A stretch of 58,758 nucleotides of DNA, the filler included, from Sphacelaria rigidula (taxonomy: Eukaryota), in the NCBI GenBank assembly GCA_964200075.2. It is 8 parts of 8 records of this genome, joined end to end, with 100 filler letters (N's around TTAATTAATTAA, not from the genome) between each part and the next. Parts side by side here need not be neighbours in the genome. Positions count along the whole stretch, not along the records: positions 36,790 to 44,046 come from CAXNAA020015740.1; positions 44,147 to 51,402 come from CAXNAA020015741.1; 6 more parts are not named here. The stretch is one strand, 5' to 3'. Below, piece by piece: positions 36,690 to 49,450 of the stretch (the stretch's first letter is position 1; every line of letters begins with the position of its first letter). The notes beneath the pieces are model-generated. The model was not told the origin of the DNA and did no database searches. It saw only the letters and a program-made list of their open reading frames with translations. Position numbers and translations under genes: made by a program.

Positions 36690-39600
36690 NNNNNNNNNNN
36701 NNNNNNNNNNNNNNNNNNNNNNNNNNNNNNNNNTTAATTAATTAANNNNNNNNNNNNNNNNNNNNNNNNNNNNNNNNNNNNNNNNNNNNTGTGGGTGGTG
36801 TGGTGTGGGTGGCCCAGCACCGCGGCTCCGGTGGCGCGGCGGGGCGGGGGGGGGGGGGGGGGGGGGGGGGGGGTAATTTACTTCCACTTGGCTGAATTTG
36901 TATTGATCTCTGGTCATCGTTTACGGTATTTATAGGAGTATGGCCTCGGTAGGGGTGCACTTTTCAGTCTCAAAGATTTCTGAAGCTGCACACTAAGGCC
37001 TAGATATTTGTCAGCGAGAGCCTCCTACAAAAAAAGGTGCACCCCCAACTTGGCATCATGTTATTGCTCATGGGTTATATATAGGGGTATACTGTCAGCC
37101 GCTGATATTTCGGTGCTTGCGTATCATCCACCAGTAGAACGCTGGTTCGACTGTTGGAATGTTTGGACGTCTCGCGAAGGTAGGAATGAGTGTTCGAACT
37201 AGACGCTTCCAATCGTTGATATTTTGATATTATATATATATATATATATACATGTACGTATGTGTGCATATGTGTTTCCAGGTGACGATGACTGTCTCGT
37301 GGGTTGTGTCATGCATGTACAATTCTACTGTAAGAAGGGTGCGGAGGAAAAAGAAGACGAGTCTTGCGGTCGTTGACATTATTGTTGTTAGTATTATACA
37401 GCAATTCATTGTTGTTTTTTTCCCTTTTGTGGCAGACTGTGTACCTGAACGTGACTGCTGATATCTGTGTGTGTTTGATTTTATTTCTTTCCCCTGTTGT
37501 TGTTTGAGGAACGATATGAGAAGTCGACCTAAAGCAGGACAAATAAATAAGCAAGCGAAGGCGGTAAACTTTTCGCGTGCTTGAATATCAAAAGGCGTAA
37601 TCCGCAAGTGAATAATGGTCTTACCGTTGTGGATTGTTTTTTTCTTACATGTATGTTATTTATTGTAGGGTATGTGGATGTCACGCGGACTTCAATGATT
37701 GAAACAAGAAACTAAGATCTTTCCGGCATTTTCGTATTTTAGGGTAGTCGGTATCGAGGTTTTACATGTTGGCTTGAAAAAAACTGTCGGACATAAAATT
37801 CGACTGTTCTTGTTATTTATCGAGGGGTGGGGGTGGGGGGGCGGGGGGGGGGGGCGGAGGCGTCTACAGTAGTAGTATTACGCCTCGACTGTTTCTGCGT
37901 GGCGTTCGCCTTCTAGTCGAGTCTAGTCTAGTCTAGTGGTGGCAGTAGAGTAGTGTCATGTTCAAAATGGGGGGGGGAGTATGGTAGCCCTCTCGACCAA
38001 CAGCTCATTCGAAAAACGCCGGATTATGTCGCACAACTCCGCGTTTTTTTGTTATTATTTTGTTATTATTATTATTTTTTTTGACCGTCTGTTTTGACCG
38101 ATTTCATGCGATATTCATCGCTGCGTCGGTCTGTTCCTCCACGGCTTTCTCGGGAGAAGGGACACTTGTTGTTGGGTCACATGTAGACGACACACTTCTG
38201 TTTGAGTCGTGTGCGGGGGGGCATATATATCACTCTTACTTACCCAGAGCGCGTCAACGGTGCTTGTTTCGCTGTTGATTCGTGCTGTTTTTTTCTTCTT
38301 GTTTTCTCGTACAAGTGCGTCGTATCGTACACGAAGTACACAAAGTACACAAAAGACAGACTCTCGTTGCTCAGTGTGATTTTTGTTTTTCCCTTTCTCT
38401 TATACCCTCAGTGGATCGAAGACCCTTTTCGCCTCGTTTCTTCGTTTTTTTTGCAAAACAAGAGAGAAGATAAATCAGTCATTTGTTTTGTTTGCTTCGT
38501 CGGTTATTTGTTTGAATTGATGAAGCATTTTCTGGTCGGTCTTGGCGATGAAAGTTGGTTATAAATATAAAAAGCACGGCGACCCTGTTGGACAGAAGAA
38601 CACGGAGTGCAGTAGCGGTAGATGACACCACAGTGATGGGTGGTGGCCTCTTCGACATTTCGTTTGTGTCTTTTCCCCCCGGATGACCAGCGCGTGTATA
38701 TTTCCCGCCTTGATATCGACGTTGCAGTGATAGCGAACTCTTTTTCTTCTTTTATCTGTTTTTTCTTGTCTGGGAAAAAGGAAAACACCGGTATGAGCGA
38801 TGATGAGAACATGTTGGGTTTTCAGAGCGGTAGTCGTTTTCATTTTTGGTATTTTTGTTTCGAAAATGAAGAAGAAATAAACTGTCGTTTTCGGTCTATA
38901 TTCACAAACTAACAGGGATGATGATGAATGGGAACTCATTGGATTTTCGGAGCAAACTGTTTTTGTTGTTGTTGTTGTTGTTGTTGTTGATATTTTCGGA
39001 TGTTTTCGTTCCGAACAATAGCTGTTGCTTCTCGTTTCAAGATGTATAATGTATTTGACCTATCACGTACCCCCTTTCTTTTTGCCCTTGAAGGAAGGAG
39101 AAAACCCCTCTTAACACTCACCCCGCGAAACGGTTCGTGTGCCGATTATCCGAATGGGGTGCTGCTAGACCACCCACCGTATGGCGGTCATATGGGGTAG
39201 GCGCCAAGAGCGTTTTGGAAAGCTGTGCTCGAGAGAAGTGTGGATTCGACCCACTCAAAAAACCCTCGTCAACTTGGCGCAGTGCACGTGCCGCCCTACT
39301 CTTCTGAGCTGCGGCCCTACACATCATTCATGTTGATACTTGATTCGCAAGTTCCCGCACACAGAGGGGGGAAAGGCCAAGGGAAAACATATACCCCGTT
39401 GTAAGCTCACTGCTCCCTATTTGCACCAATATAATATCCCACACGCGGCCATTCGGCCACCCCCTTAAAAGTACTATATCGCGATTTTCCTTCTCTCGAG
39501 GGTAAAGTGACCCTCTCGAGGATAAGAATACTCTCTAGAGGGTATATCATACTCGTTTCCGGTCATAAAACGAATCCTCTGGAGGATATCCGATGCCTTA

Positions 39601-40299
39601 GTGCGTTCTGAGGTCTGAATCCCTCCAGAGTACCAAAAATATGGTGCTGGGGAGCACGTGGTTTGCGTAAACGTCCCTTGAAGGGAAATATGAACAGCAG
39701 AGGGGAATATGAGCATCATTCCTCTGGAGGAGGGACCGCCTATGGCCTCTAAGGCATTTGTCGCGACTCCGGAGGACATAGCCGTGCAGTATCCTCCAGC
39801 GTGTACATTTACACTGGTGCACTTGTGTCCTAACTGCTTCCAGGGAACCTTTAGGACCATCACGCCAGATACAATACCACAACCAAAACCCTGCAGCAAA
39901 GAGCACCAGTTGGGTGCAGGGATAGAGGTACAGACTATAGTAGTTGGGTATGATGTATGTCTTGGTGGTGGAAGTCGGAGGAAAGGTGGCCGCTTCGGGT
40001 CCAGTTCAACATGCGAGGATACGATGGAACAGCAACACCAAACTTTTCGGGAATAGACATCACCCAGTGCTTGAAGTACGGAACAGAAATCGACAAGTCA
40101 CCGTTCGTATTAGAAAATAATGCGCGTAGAACGCTTTGTAGATTGGAGAGTACGGATTTTGATGGAAGAGGAGTACGGATTTTGATGGAAGAAACTTCTC
40201 CGGGCCCCCATTTCTGTTGTATCAGCCTGTCAAAAGTCTTTCCTCGTTCATTAATGCCTGGCTGGAGGACAGGGAAGTCGTCCTCCCCCGGTTTTGAGA

Positions 40300-42530
40300 G
40301 CCGTTTGAATTGTGTGGGTGAACTTCATAAAAATGAAACTCTCTAGCTTTCACAGATGTTGCGACTTCGGTGCAGCATGTCGTTACCGTGACCACCTCTG
40401 AGCAGGCGGGAGGACGCGCGGTAGAGCAACGAAAGGTAGCTATTATCCGGTTTGCCTGGCGTACTGCCGACAGCGTCACGTGAAAGCCAGAAGACCCTTG
40501 CTGTCGGCGGTTGATGGCGTGGGTCTCGAGTGTATCGACATCCGGTTGATCGTAGAACACTCTCGTCTCTCCTTTCGAGTTGTGATAATTCATGGCCTTC
40601 TGACATCGGAATAATTATTACTTATGGGAAGCTACTCGTACTGTACCGAGCTTTCCAAGCGACCACCGTGGTGTGCTGCAGATTGCCTATGCGCCACCCC
40701 AGCAACAGTTAGGTCACCACCACACATATCTTTTTTCTCTCCGCATGTCAAGGAGGTCTCTACAAGTGTTTGATCTCTCATACACCCCCCTCAACTGGCG
40801 TGTGGCAGCCCCTTCTGCTCAGGCGCCCGGCTGGGAGAAGTCGGCGAAAATCAACGATTAATAGTACTCCCCAAGTTCAAATTGGATATATCTGTTATTG
40901 CCGCAGCACCGCCCTTGCTGGCATGTGTGTGACAGGGAACAGTAGTAGCGGTAACGGGAACATTGCCCTATTTTTCAATGACATGTTTTTCAGCGCACAG
41001 AGGCGCGTCCTGTCCAAAAGGAGAGGCAGAGAGGAATCGATCTTCGTATTCGTGAGCTCGACAGGCAAGAAGAGACGATGGAATCTCTCCGCACGTCGAT
41101 GTTCTGGCACATGGAAAACTTGGCACATGCTGGTATAATAACATTGATGATGCCAGTTTCTCAAGCGATTGGTAATCGCCGAGCGAGGACACACAAAGGA
41201 CACGGGCGAGGAGCTTCCTCTCTGTCGTTGCTTCTCTCTCTGGTGATATCGTGTCATTGACACGCATGTACACCGCATTCCTTAGGTGCACCTAGCCGCA
41301 GCTGCTCAACTGCTGCGGACATTTGGGGGGGAAGATGACTTCGCTCGGTCGTAAGTGTTCAGCGTCATCCCTGCGAAAGAGAAATAAATGCACTTCAACC
41401 CCATATTTTGTGTGAACCTCATTTTCTAGGATCCACCAACAGTGGATCCTAGAAAATCGGGTCCATCTCAAAAATAAGGTTCAAGTGACATTTCTTTTTC
41501 CAGGGATGACGCGAAACACTTGCGACCGAGCGAAGCCGTCTTCCCCCTCAAATGCCCGCAGCAGTTAAGCAGCTGTGGCCCGGTGCACCTAAGTAATGCG
41601 ATGTACACGCGTATCAATGACGATATCACCAGAGAGAGAAGCAACGACAGAGAAGAAGCTCCTCGCCCGTGTCCTTTGTGTGTCCTCGTTCGGCGAGTAC
41701 CAAACTCTCGAGAGACTGGCATCATCGATGTTACCAGCATGTGCCCAATTTTCCATGTGCCAGAACATCGAGCTGCGAAGGGATTTCCTCTCTTCTAACA
41801 ATTGCCTGTCGAGCTCACGAATGCGAAGATCGATTCCTGCCTGCCTCTCTTTTAGACAGGACGCGCCTCTGTGCGCTGAAAAACATGTCGTTGAAAAACA
41901 GAACAATGTTCCCGTCACACTACTACTGTTCTCTGTCACATACATGCCAGCAAGGGCGGTGCTGCGGCAATAACAAACAGATTCAATTTGAACTTGGGGG
42001 GTGTTATTCATCGTTGATTTTACCCACATCTGACTCTCTGGGTGCCCCACCAGAAGAGCGTGCCACACGCCAGTTGAGGGGAGTGTATGAGAGATCAAAA
42101 ACTTGTAGAGACCTTCTTGACATGCGGAGTGGAAAACGATACCTATGGTGGTGACCTCACTGCTACTAGTGTGGCGCATAGGAGTCCGTCCATGCTGCAG
42201 TCTGGAGCACACGCTGGTCGCGTGAACACCTCGGTACAGTACGAGTAGCTTTCCAGAATTATTCCGATGTGAGGAGGTCATGCATTACAAGCTGGGACGG
42301 GAGTGCTCTACGATCAACCGCTTGTCGATGCATTTGAGACTCACACCATCAACCGCCGACAGCAAAGGTCTTGTGGCTTTGACGCAACGCTATCGGTAGT
42401 ACGGCAGGCAAACCCGATCATAGCTAGCTTTCGTTGCTGTACCGTACTTACTCCCGACCGAAGTTCGCAACAGGTATGATGAAAGCTAGACAACAGTTGA
42501 TATTTTTCAACTACATTCACCCAATTTAAA
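40300..42530. repeat. ~2.2-kb imperfect palindrome (two ~1.1-kb arms)
   Basis: Apex attttctaggatccac-caaca-gtggatcctagaaaat (41421-41457). The arms match out to tctagctttca/tgaaagctaga. Confidence 0.92.
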
Positions 42531-43650
42531 CAACCGCGGGGGCTAGGATTAGCGCCCAGGGAAAGTCCTGAAATAACGGATGGTTTCCTTGGAAAGCAGT
42601 CGTCCATTGTAACGGGTATAAACCGTTCAAGTGAGGGGATTTCGATTTTGAACAGGGAAAGATGTAGTACGATACCCCTGAATACTATTCTACATGCTTC
42701 ATTCCGAGCGATGTTCCCCAAATACCCCCACAGTTGTCACGAAACATATCTGAGGGAAAGGGTGCCAGCACTTTCCGTCGCTAGTTCAGACCCCCTTTGA
42801 GATCCAGAGAAGAGGTATTCAAACTGTAGCTGATGCGGGTTCTAACTGAAAAAAAACGGCTCGGATTTTTCAAGCGCGCTGCACAACAGCATGCTTCGAC
42901 AGTCCCACCCCGAAACCAGTTCCCAACACAGCCACGGCGGCGGTGGCCATACAAGGCGTGATAACTGGTTCAGACTGGATAAAGCGCCTCTCATGGGTGC
43001 TACTGGCGAAACAACCCCAAGCATGGGACTAACCCTAACCCCTGTTGTGTGTATGTGCAGCTTTTTTGTGTGGGGCATCCATTTTATCCAACTGACGACT
43101 GTACTGTAGTGATGCTGTACTCTGGTGATGGTGTATCTCAACAGACTGCTGAATGATGCTGCGTTTCAAAGATCGCTGGCGTCTGTCGCCGTATTGGATC
43201 GTTTCGCTGACGGCAGTCGTCGCCGGCGCAACAGTATGACGGCTTCCTGAAATACTCGACAAGAGGCGCTCAAAACCTCGATGACGAATCCAAAGAAGTA
43301 TGTTTTCAGCATGCTTTGTTACGAGTTGTGTAGCGCTTAGAGGCACGTCCTCCTGTTCAAAAACCGCCGCACCCTGACGACGGTGGTTTTTCTTTTGAAC
43401 TTGTCATCATGCTTAGGCTGCCGTGTAAAAGCTTCTGGCACAAGTGCCATGGCCGAAGCTACTTGCGTACCCCGAGCCTACTGGACAAGATGCATGAAAT
43501 TTCGATGGTCGCTTCAACCTCTCCCAAATGTTATACCTCAAAAGCGGATCCAGGCTGTTGCATGATAATGACTCTGCATACATTTACACGCGAATTGCGG
43601 CTTAAGCTCGGCCAGGCGTTCTCCCCGACCATTTTCTATATTTATGCCCA
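41440..43650 (-). pseudogene. Possible decayed hAT transposase ending at a CAGTGGATCCTAGAAAAT terminus
   Basis: Minus-strand fragments in hAT order: FACKCMQ..NFMHL (BED-like), GFERLLSSISGSRHTV..TTAVS, QLDK(W), FW..LSRV..FFS..SGDIVIDTR (dimerisation-like). Interrupted by stops and frameshifts. Motif resemblance is judged by eye. Confidence 0.4.
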
Positions 43651-45703
43651 TCGCCCGCATGTTGGTGAAAAAACGGCGTTGTTGTCTTCAAGAAGAACAG
43701 CTGTTGTGAACCCCAAACAGGTCATCGTTCATCTGAGTCCACCTGCGGGGGGTTCGCGGTTCAGCGATAATTTCACAAACTGTACAAGTGCAACGGCGCA
43801 CGGCAAAAACAAACGCACCGCCCATCATACCACGCACTTGATTGCAAAGAGAGAATGAGTTGTTGGAAGCGTTTTAATCTTCTTGAAAGAATCCAAACCT
43901 TTGGTACGGCACTTGTTGAAATCGATTTAAACAAAAAACACGCTTTTCAACGAGGCACATAACTTGCGGGCATACAACAGCGAATCATCTATGTTGAGGA
44001 TGGTACTTTTTGTTGAGGATGAAACACAGTCGGAAAAACTTCGCGCNNNNNNNNNNNNNNNNNNNNNNNNNNNNNNNNNNNNNNNNNNNNTTAATTAATT
44101 AANNNNNNNNNNNNNNNNNNNNNNNNNNNNNNNNNNNNNNNNNNNNCATGTGGGCGAAATTGCTGCAAACGAGTTCAATAGTGGGATTGCAGCCGGTTTG
44201 TCAGACGGTCTCCGGTGAACTTTTTATGGGGGTGCTATATCGGCATTAGTCAATCGTGGTGAACACCATTATTACACCCTTCTCAAGGTGCCTTCACCCC
44301 TATCACATCATAAAGGACGCGAAGTAGGCGCATAGAAGTGCGCATATTTTCGCTGGAAATGGCTTAAAATGGGGCTTAACACAAGGTGGCAAAGCATGCA
44401 TAAAAAAATGAGCATAAAACATGGGATCTTACAAATTGGGGATGGGTCTATCTAGAGGGTATTTTTATCCACCGGAGTCACTTTACCCTCGAGAGGATGA
44501 AAATCACGATAGAAGATTTCAAGGGGGTAGCCGAATGGCCGCGTGTGCTGTGATCACGGGTTCATGGACGAGATGTTTCATTCCCAAAAGTAGTGACGTT
44601 GTAGCAGATGAGTCGCGATCTTTTCGCATGCGGCCTTTTGTTTTCTACTATGTATGAGTGGGGTTTCCGCGCAAAACCTGTTCCACCGACGCCATGTGGT
44701 GAAATCGATCATTTATATATTTTTTGTTTTTTTCTTTTGTCGTTTTCTTTTCTCTTCGTTTTTTTTCTTGGTATGCTCTGTTTGTCTGTTTCACCTTTTC
44801 ATTTTTTCTTCACTTTCCTTCGGCGTGTGTTCTAGTTGTGCTTTGTCTCGAGTACATCAATCATGTGACCACAGCTGGATCCCTGGGAATCAGGTCAAGT
44901 ACGATAATTCATCTACATAATCAATCAGATCACGGAAGGTGTCCGCACCAAACAGAGTATACTACGGCCGGCAGAAGGTACTGCGTAGAGATCGGAACGT
45001 TTTTTAATTTGTTTGTGAAGCCAACAACAAGAACAACAAAATGCAACCATCTGATGACGGGATTTTCGCCAGATTGAGGCTAGCTTTTGATTGAGAGTGA
45101 AAACCCGAATAATAGGAAATCCTAATCCACTTATCGACTATTTTTTGTTGTGGAATACTTTGCTGAGACTGGCAAGGAGCGGCTCGAGTAAAATCTATTA
45201 GCCGTGGGATGAATCTGAAGTATAGTTTTAGTGCATTAGCCTCGTCAACCGTCAGGGATCTCGAACTCCAGACTTCCAGAGATGGTCGATTGGTAGCTGA
45301 AATAGTTTAACTTCCGGAATGTGTCTCCAGGCCTTAAACGGGGCCTTATACGCTGTCTGTGGTAGCTTGCTACTAAAGCCTCTGATATCTCTGAGAAAGT
45401 CATCGATGTGTAGCTGTAAGCACATGACAATGTTATTAGAGGCAAACACACACACTCACAAGGTGAAAAAAATATCAAGTTAGAGTGAGTCATAAACTCA
45501 CTTGCCATCAATACTGAACCCTAATCTGGCAAAACCCGGTTCAATATATCTGCGTACGCGCGACATACATTGGCTACCAAGTGAACGGTCCCATGACCAC
45601 AACGAACCCCCGCCGCACAAAATACCTACAGTGCTCCATTCATAATCAATGATGGAACACATGAAAGTAACGTCTTCCCATCAACCCCTTGAGCACCTGA
45701 GGT

Positions 45704-45959
45704 GAACAACGCTTCGGTAGGGGTGCACTTTTTGCGCAAAATCGTGTCTGATTCAGGGCTGTCAATAACTCTAGATACACAAGGATATGGGTCAGGGCAT
45801 CCCCGTTTGCAAATCTATTCGGGATATCCCTAGCAAATTGGAATAGTAAATCCTGGCGTGCTCTCACATGTTTCAGAAGTCGCGTTTTGGAGGAGATAAA
45901 GGGCTCCTAGCAGTTCCTATCCCGGAACATATTTGTGCACCCCTACCGTAGCATCCGTC
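45704..45959. mobile_element. 256-bp Sola-like MITE
   Basis: Perfect 4-bp TSD aggt. TIR core cggtaggggtgcac/gtgcacccctaccg. Confidence 0.78.
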
Positions 45960-45971
45960 AGGTGTCCATTT

Positions 45972-46229
45972 GAGTCATGCTACGGTAGGGGTTGCACGTT
46001 TGGGTCCAAATCTTCCTCATTCATCATGGGCTCCCGAAATTAGGAGCTACACAATAATATGGGTCAAGATATTCCCGTTATCATCATCATTCGGGATATC
46101 CCTAGCCCATTGGAATGCTAATCGTGGCGTCTTCTTACATATTTCATGAGTCATTTATTGGATGAGATAGAGGGCTCCTAACAATTCGAACCTTAAGAAA
46201 ATTTGTGCACCTCTATCATAGCACCACTC
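45972..46229. mobile_element. 258-bp Sola-like MITE
   Basis: gagtcatgctacggtagggg...tagcaccactc. TSD attt/attc. Confidence 0.75.
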
Positions 46230-49014
46230 ATTCGTGGGAACGACACCATCTTCACTTCTAGAAAAAGTAAACACGGTGCAGACTCCAAACGAAAATGATC
46301 CCAATTCCACAAATAGATACGCCCGGCGGTGAAGAGGTTAAAAATTGCACACTCAAATCAAGTGATGGACACTCAATCTAGTGTATGCGACATGATACGA
46401 TGACACCCAAATGGTTAAAGATAGTAGGATAATATTTAGTCTAGGATCAAGCCTTTAATGATTGCCTTATGAGTCATGTACTCCGGAAGGCTCGGTGCGA
46501 GAGTTGTGTACTCTGGGAGACTCACGATGAACCGGAAGGATATTCTAACAACCCAAAGCAGAGTCAAATCAAGCACTACTGTACGCTCAACAACACGAAG
46601 CTCCTGACTCACTGGTTAGCTTTGTTCTTGAGGACTTGTTCACCCGAAGCAGGTGGTGGCTGAGTGTACAGCAGATGATCAGATCCTCGAAGATGTGTTT
46701 GATCAGTTTCTACTGTATTACTGACCTCCAAAGCGACGGTTTGAGAACGAAGTGGGCGGTATGGCTTCTGCATCAAACCTTTCTTCCGACCCGGAAGATA
46801 TTCAGCCATCACTAAAAAATCTTATACGTCACGAATTATTTCAAGCTGCGTAAACGTACACGCAGGCAGGCCTTCATCCCTCAGCAGTTGCCATTGGTAG
46901 TTACTCAATCGAAATCGATGACCGTATTATGCCTTCAAAACCACATAATCCAACATCCGGTAGCGACCACGGCGTACGTGCTTTCAAAACGCGACTACAG
47001 TTTGTGCAGCAGCTGCTCCAATGTACGTGCAATTATTCACCAAAAATGCACTTCTCCTATCCGCCAGTCATATCTTGTCTGAATCTTGGAGAATAACACA
47101 GCAACTCTATACTCCTTGTCCTATCTCATCGCATGTAAAGGTTGTCGGTTGTGGTGATGGGGGGGCGATCAACGTTTTTATAGCCCGAAAATATCCACGT
47201 CGAGACATTGCTCGAGGTATAAAGCAATGTTGTTTGAGCCGCGTTCATGTCAAGGCGGAATGTGCACGCCGGATTCCAGTTTGGATTTTTTGTTCACGTA
47301 GTTATGTTGAAATCAAATGTTCTGACGGCTTTATCAAGAGACGAAAATTTATTCGCACGGGACGACGGACGGGACGGGACGGGAAGGGATATTAACAGAT
47401 ATTGCTCGACGCAGTAAGCACTGCTAGGTTGAATAACCTTGTTGTCGATATTCAGCAACATGCCGTCATGTAGCTTGGCTTCGTAAGCCCTACCCCGCCC
47501 TGCACGTCCACGAGATTTTCTTGTTTCTCGGTCACAGATTTGTTATCATGTTTGTCGTCCCTTCCTTCATTATTCTTTGCTTTTTCTCGAGTTTTCTCTG
47601 GCAATGCGTATTTTTCCGTTTCCTTGCCGTGGTTGATTTTTGTCTGATTTTTATTGATCTTGATTGTCGCACATGAACTGGTCCTCGAAGGACCCAGCCG
47701 TGATCATATCATGAATGTACCCAAGACAAACAGCTTAGGGATTGGTTGCTTACGTCTACCTCTTGGAGACGAGTGGGTTCGAAGTGAACCAGTGAATGTG
47801 TTTCGGAAATTCACAATAATCGATCTTTCAATCCAGCAAGTGTACTGTTCTACACCATGCGAACGAATCCCGTCGTTTCGAGTGATAATTTACGCTCACC
47901 CCCTTCCGCGAGAGGAATCCCACTAAGTATGGCACAAGGGAAAACAACCTTTGAAACAATACCAGGAGCACCGGTAAAGACAGCAACAACAGCCGCTGCA
48001 GCAGCAGCAACATCATCACCAGCAGCAACACCAGCAGCCACAGCATCAACGATAGCACCGACCATTTTCGCTAAGTTCCCCGGTCCCTAGGCACAATCGA
48101 TCTGGTATAACCACGAATCATTCGTGTAATAAGTAAAGGTGTGCACAGAAAGCACCAATAGTACTTACCTAAGGAGTCGTCAGCTGTGCGCGGATATGTG
48201 TTGTAGTCTGGCCACGAGATGATAAGGGTATCATCACTCTCAAGGAACATACCAGGCCAGGGGTTGCACGAAGCGAACGGCTAGCCGTAATGAATAACTG
48301 CAGTCGAGTGGAGTAGCTCTCCAGCTCGTGGCTCACAGATCCTTGAGTCCAAACCGGCACTGCATCATAAAGCAAAACATAGACTCACTTTCACGTGCAG
48401 AGAAGTGCTCTTGACTTGCTTGCGAGCGAGATGTCTACGAGTGGTGCCTGATAGCTTTTGTTATTAGGCGCTGCTAGGTAGCTAAACGAATGTTGCTAGG
48501 TAGCCGGAAGTTCTGAAGGACCAGGGGCCCGGGTGGAGCACGCCAAATTGGAACACAGCGCTAATATGCGAATGGAATAAAACCTACTGCACATGCCATG
48601 CGCACTTCGAAACGCCTACTGCATATACAGCCGATATCCGCCGTGACATATAGCGTTTCAAGTATGAATAATCGGACAGGAAAATACGGCGACGAAGCGC
48701 GGGTAGTAGAAAATACTACGCGGCGAAGTCTTGGTGGGTGCCTTTTTCTCCCGCTTTCGGATCGGACCTTCGACTACAATTAATTGCTGCAACCGCGTTC
48801 GCTAAGTTACAATCGGGCTTGAAAACCACCCTCAAACAAATGGATGACGACAAAAAGGCACGAAGTGACATGGTGGTAGTTGCGGTGTGCCATGTGTACC
48901 AAGGGCGCTGCAACGGCACATACGTGGCTCTCGTGCTTCACTGGTGGGGCATCGTCTTGAACCCGCAAATGTTGAAACATTCTTTGACTGTTCTCACCTC
49001 GGTTGGCGGTCTTC

Positions 49015-49450
49015 CACTATCATGGAAACTCCATCTGGGATACGGACACTTATCTGAGACACCATATGGATCTGGGAAATCCATTTGGGATATGGGTATC
49101 CCTCTTGGGTATCAATCTGGAATGTAGATATTCCTCCGAGTTATCCATATACGATGCGGACATCACTCTGGGATACGAGCAGTCATCTGGGATATTGACA
49201 TCCCAGATGGATCTCTTAGAATGTACTTCTCCCATGGACATCTCCGATGGACATCCCTGATAGATACCCGCGTATCCCAAGTGGACGTCCATATCCCAAA
49301 GACATTCCTGACGGATATTATCCATATCCCAGATAGATGTCCGAGACGGATACGATATTCCAGTTAGATATCCCAGATAAATGTGATATGATATTCCAAA
49401 TGAATATCCCAGATGAATGTGATACCTCAGATGGAAGTTGCACGATAATG
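49015..49450. mobile_element. CACTA-like non-autonomous element with subterminal ATCTGGGATA repeats
   Basis: cactatcatggaaactccatctg / cagatggaagttgcacgataatg. The motif is forward in the left half and inverted (tatcccagat) in the right half. No TSD seen. Confidence 0.6.

Noticed and set aside
39440-44547. ~100-bp inverted repeats (39440-39540 / 44450-44547) that look like TIRs of a 5-kb transposon
   Set aside because: They lie on different contigs across an artificial linker, so they are dispersed copies of one terminus rather than a pair.
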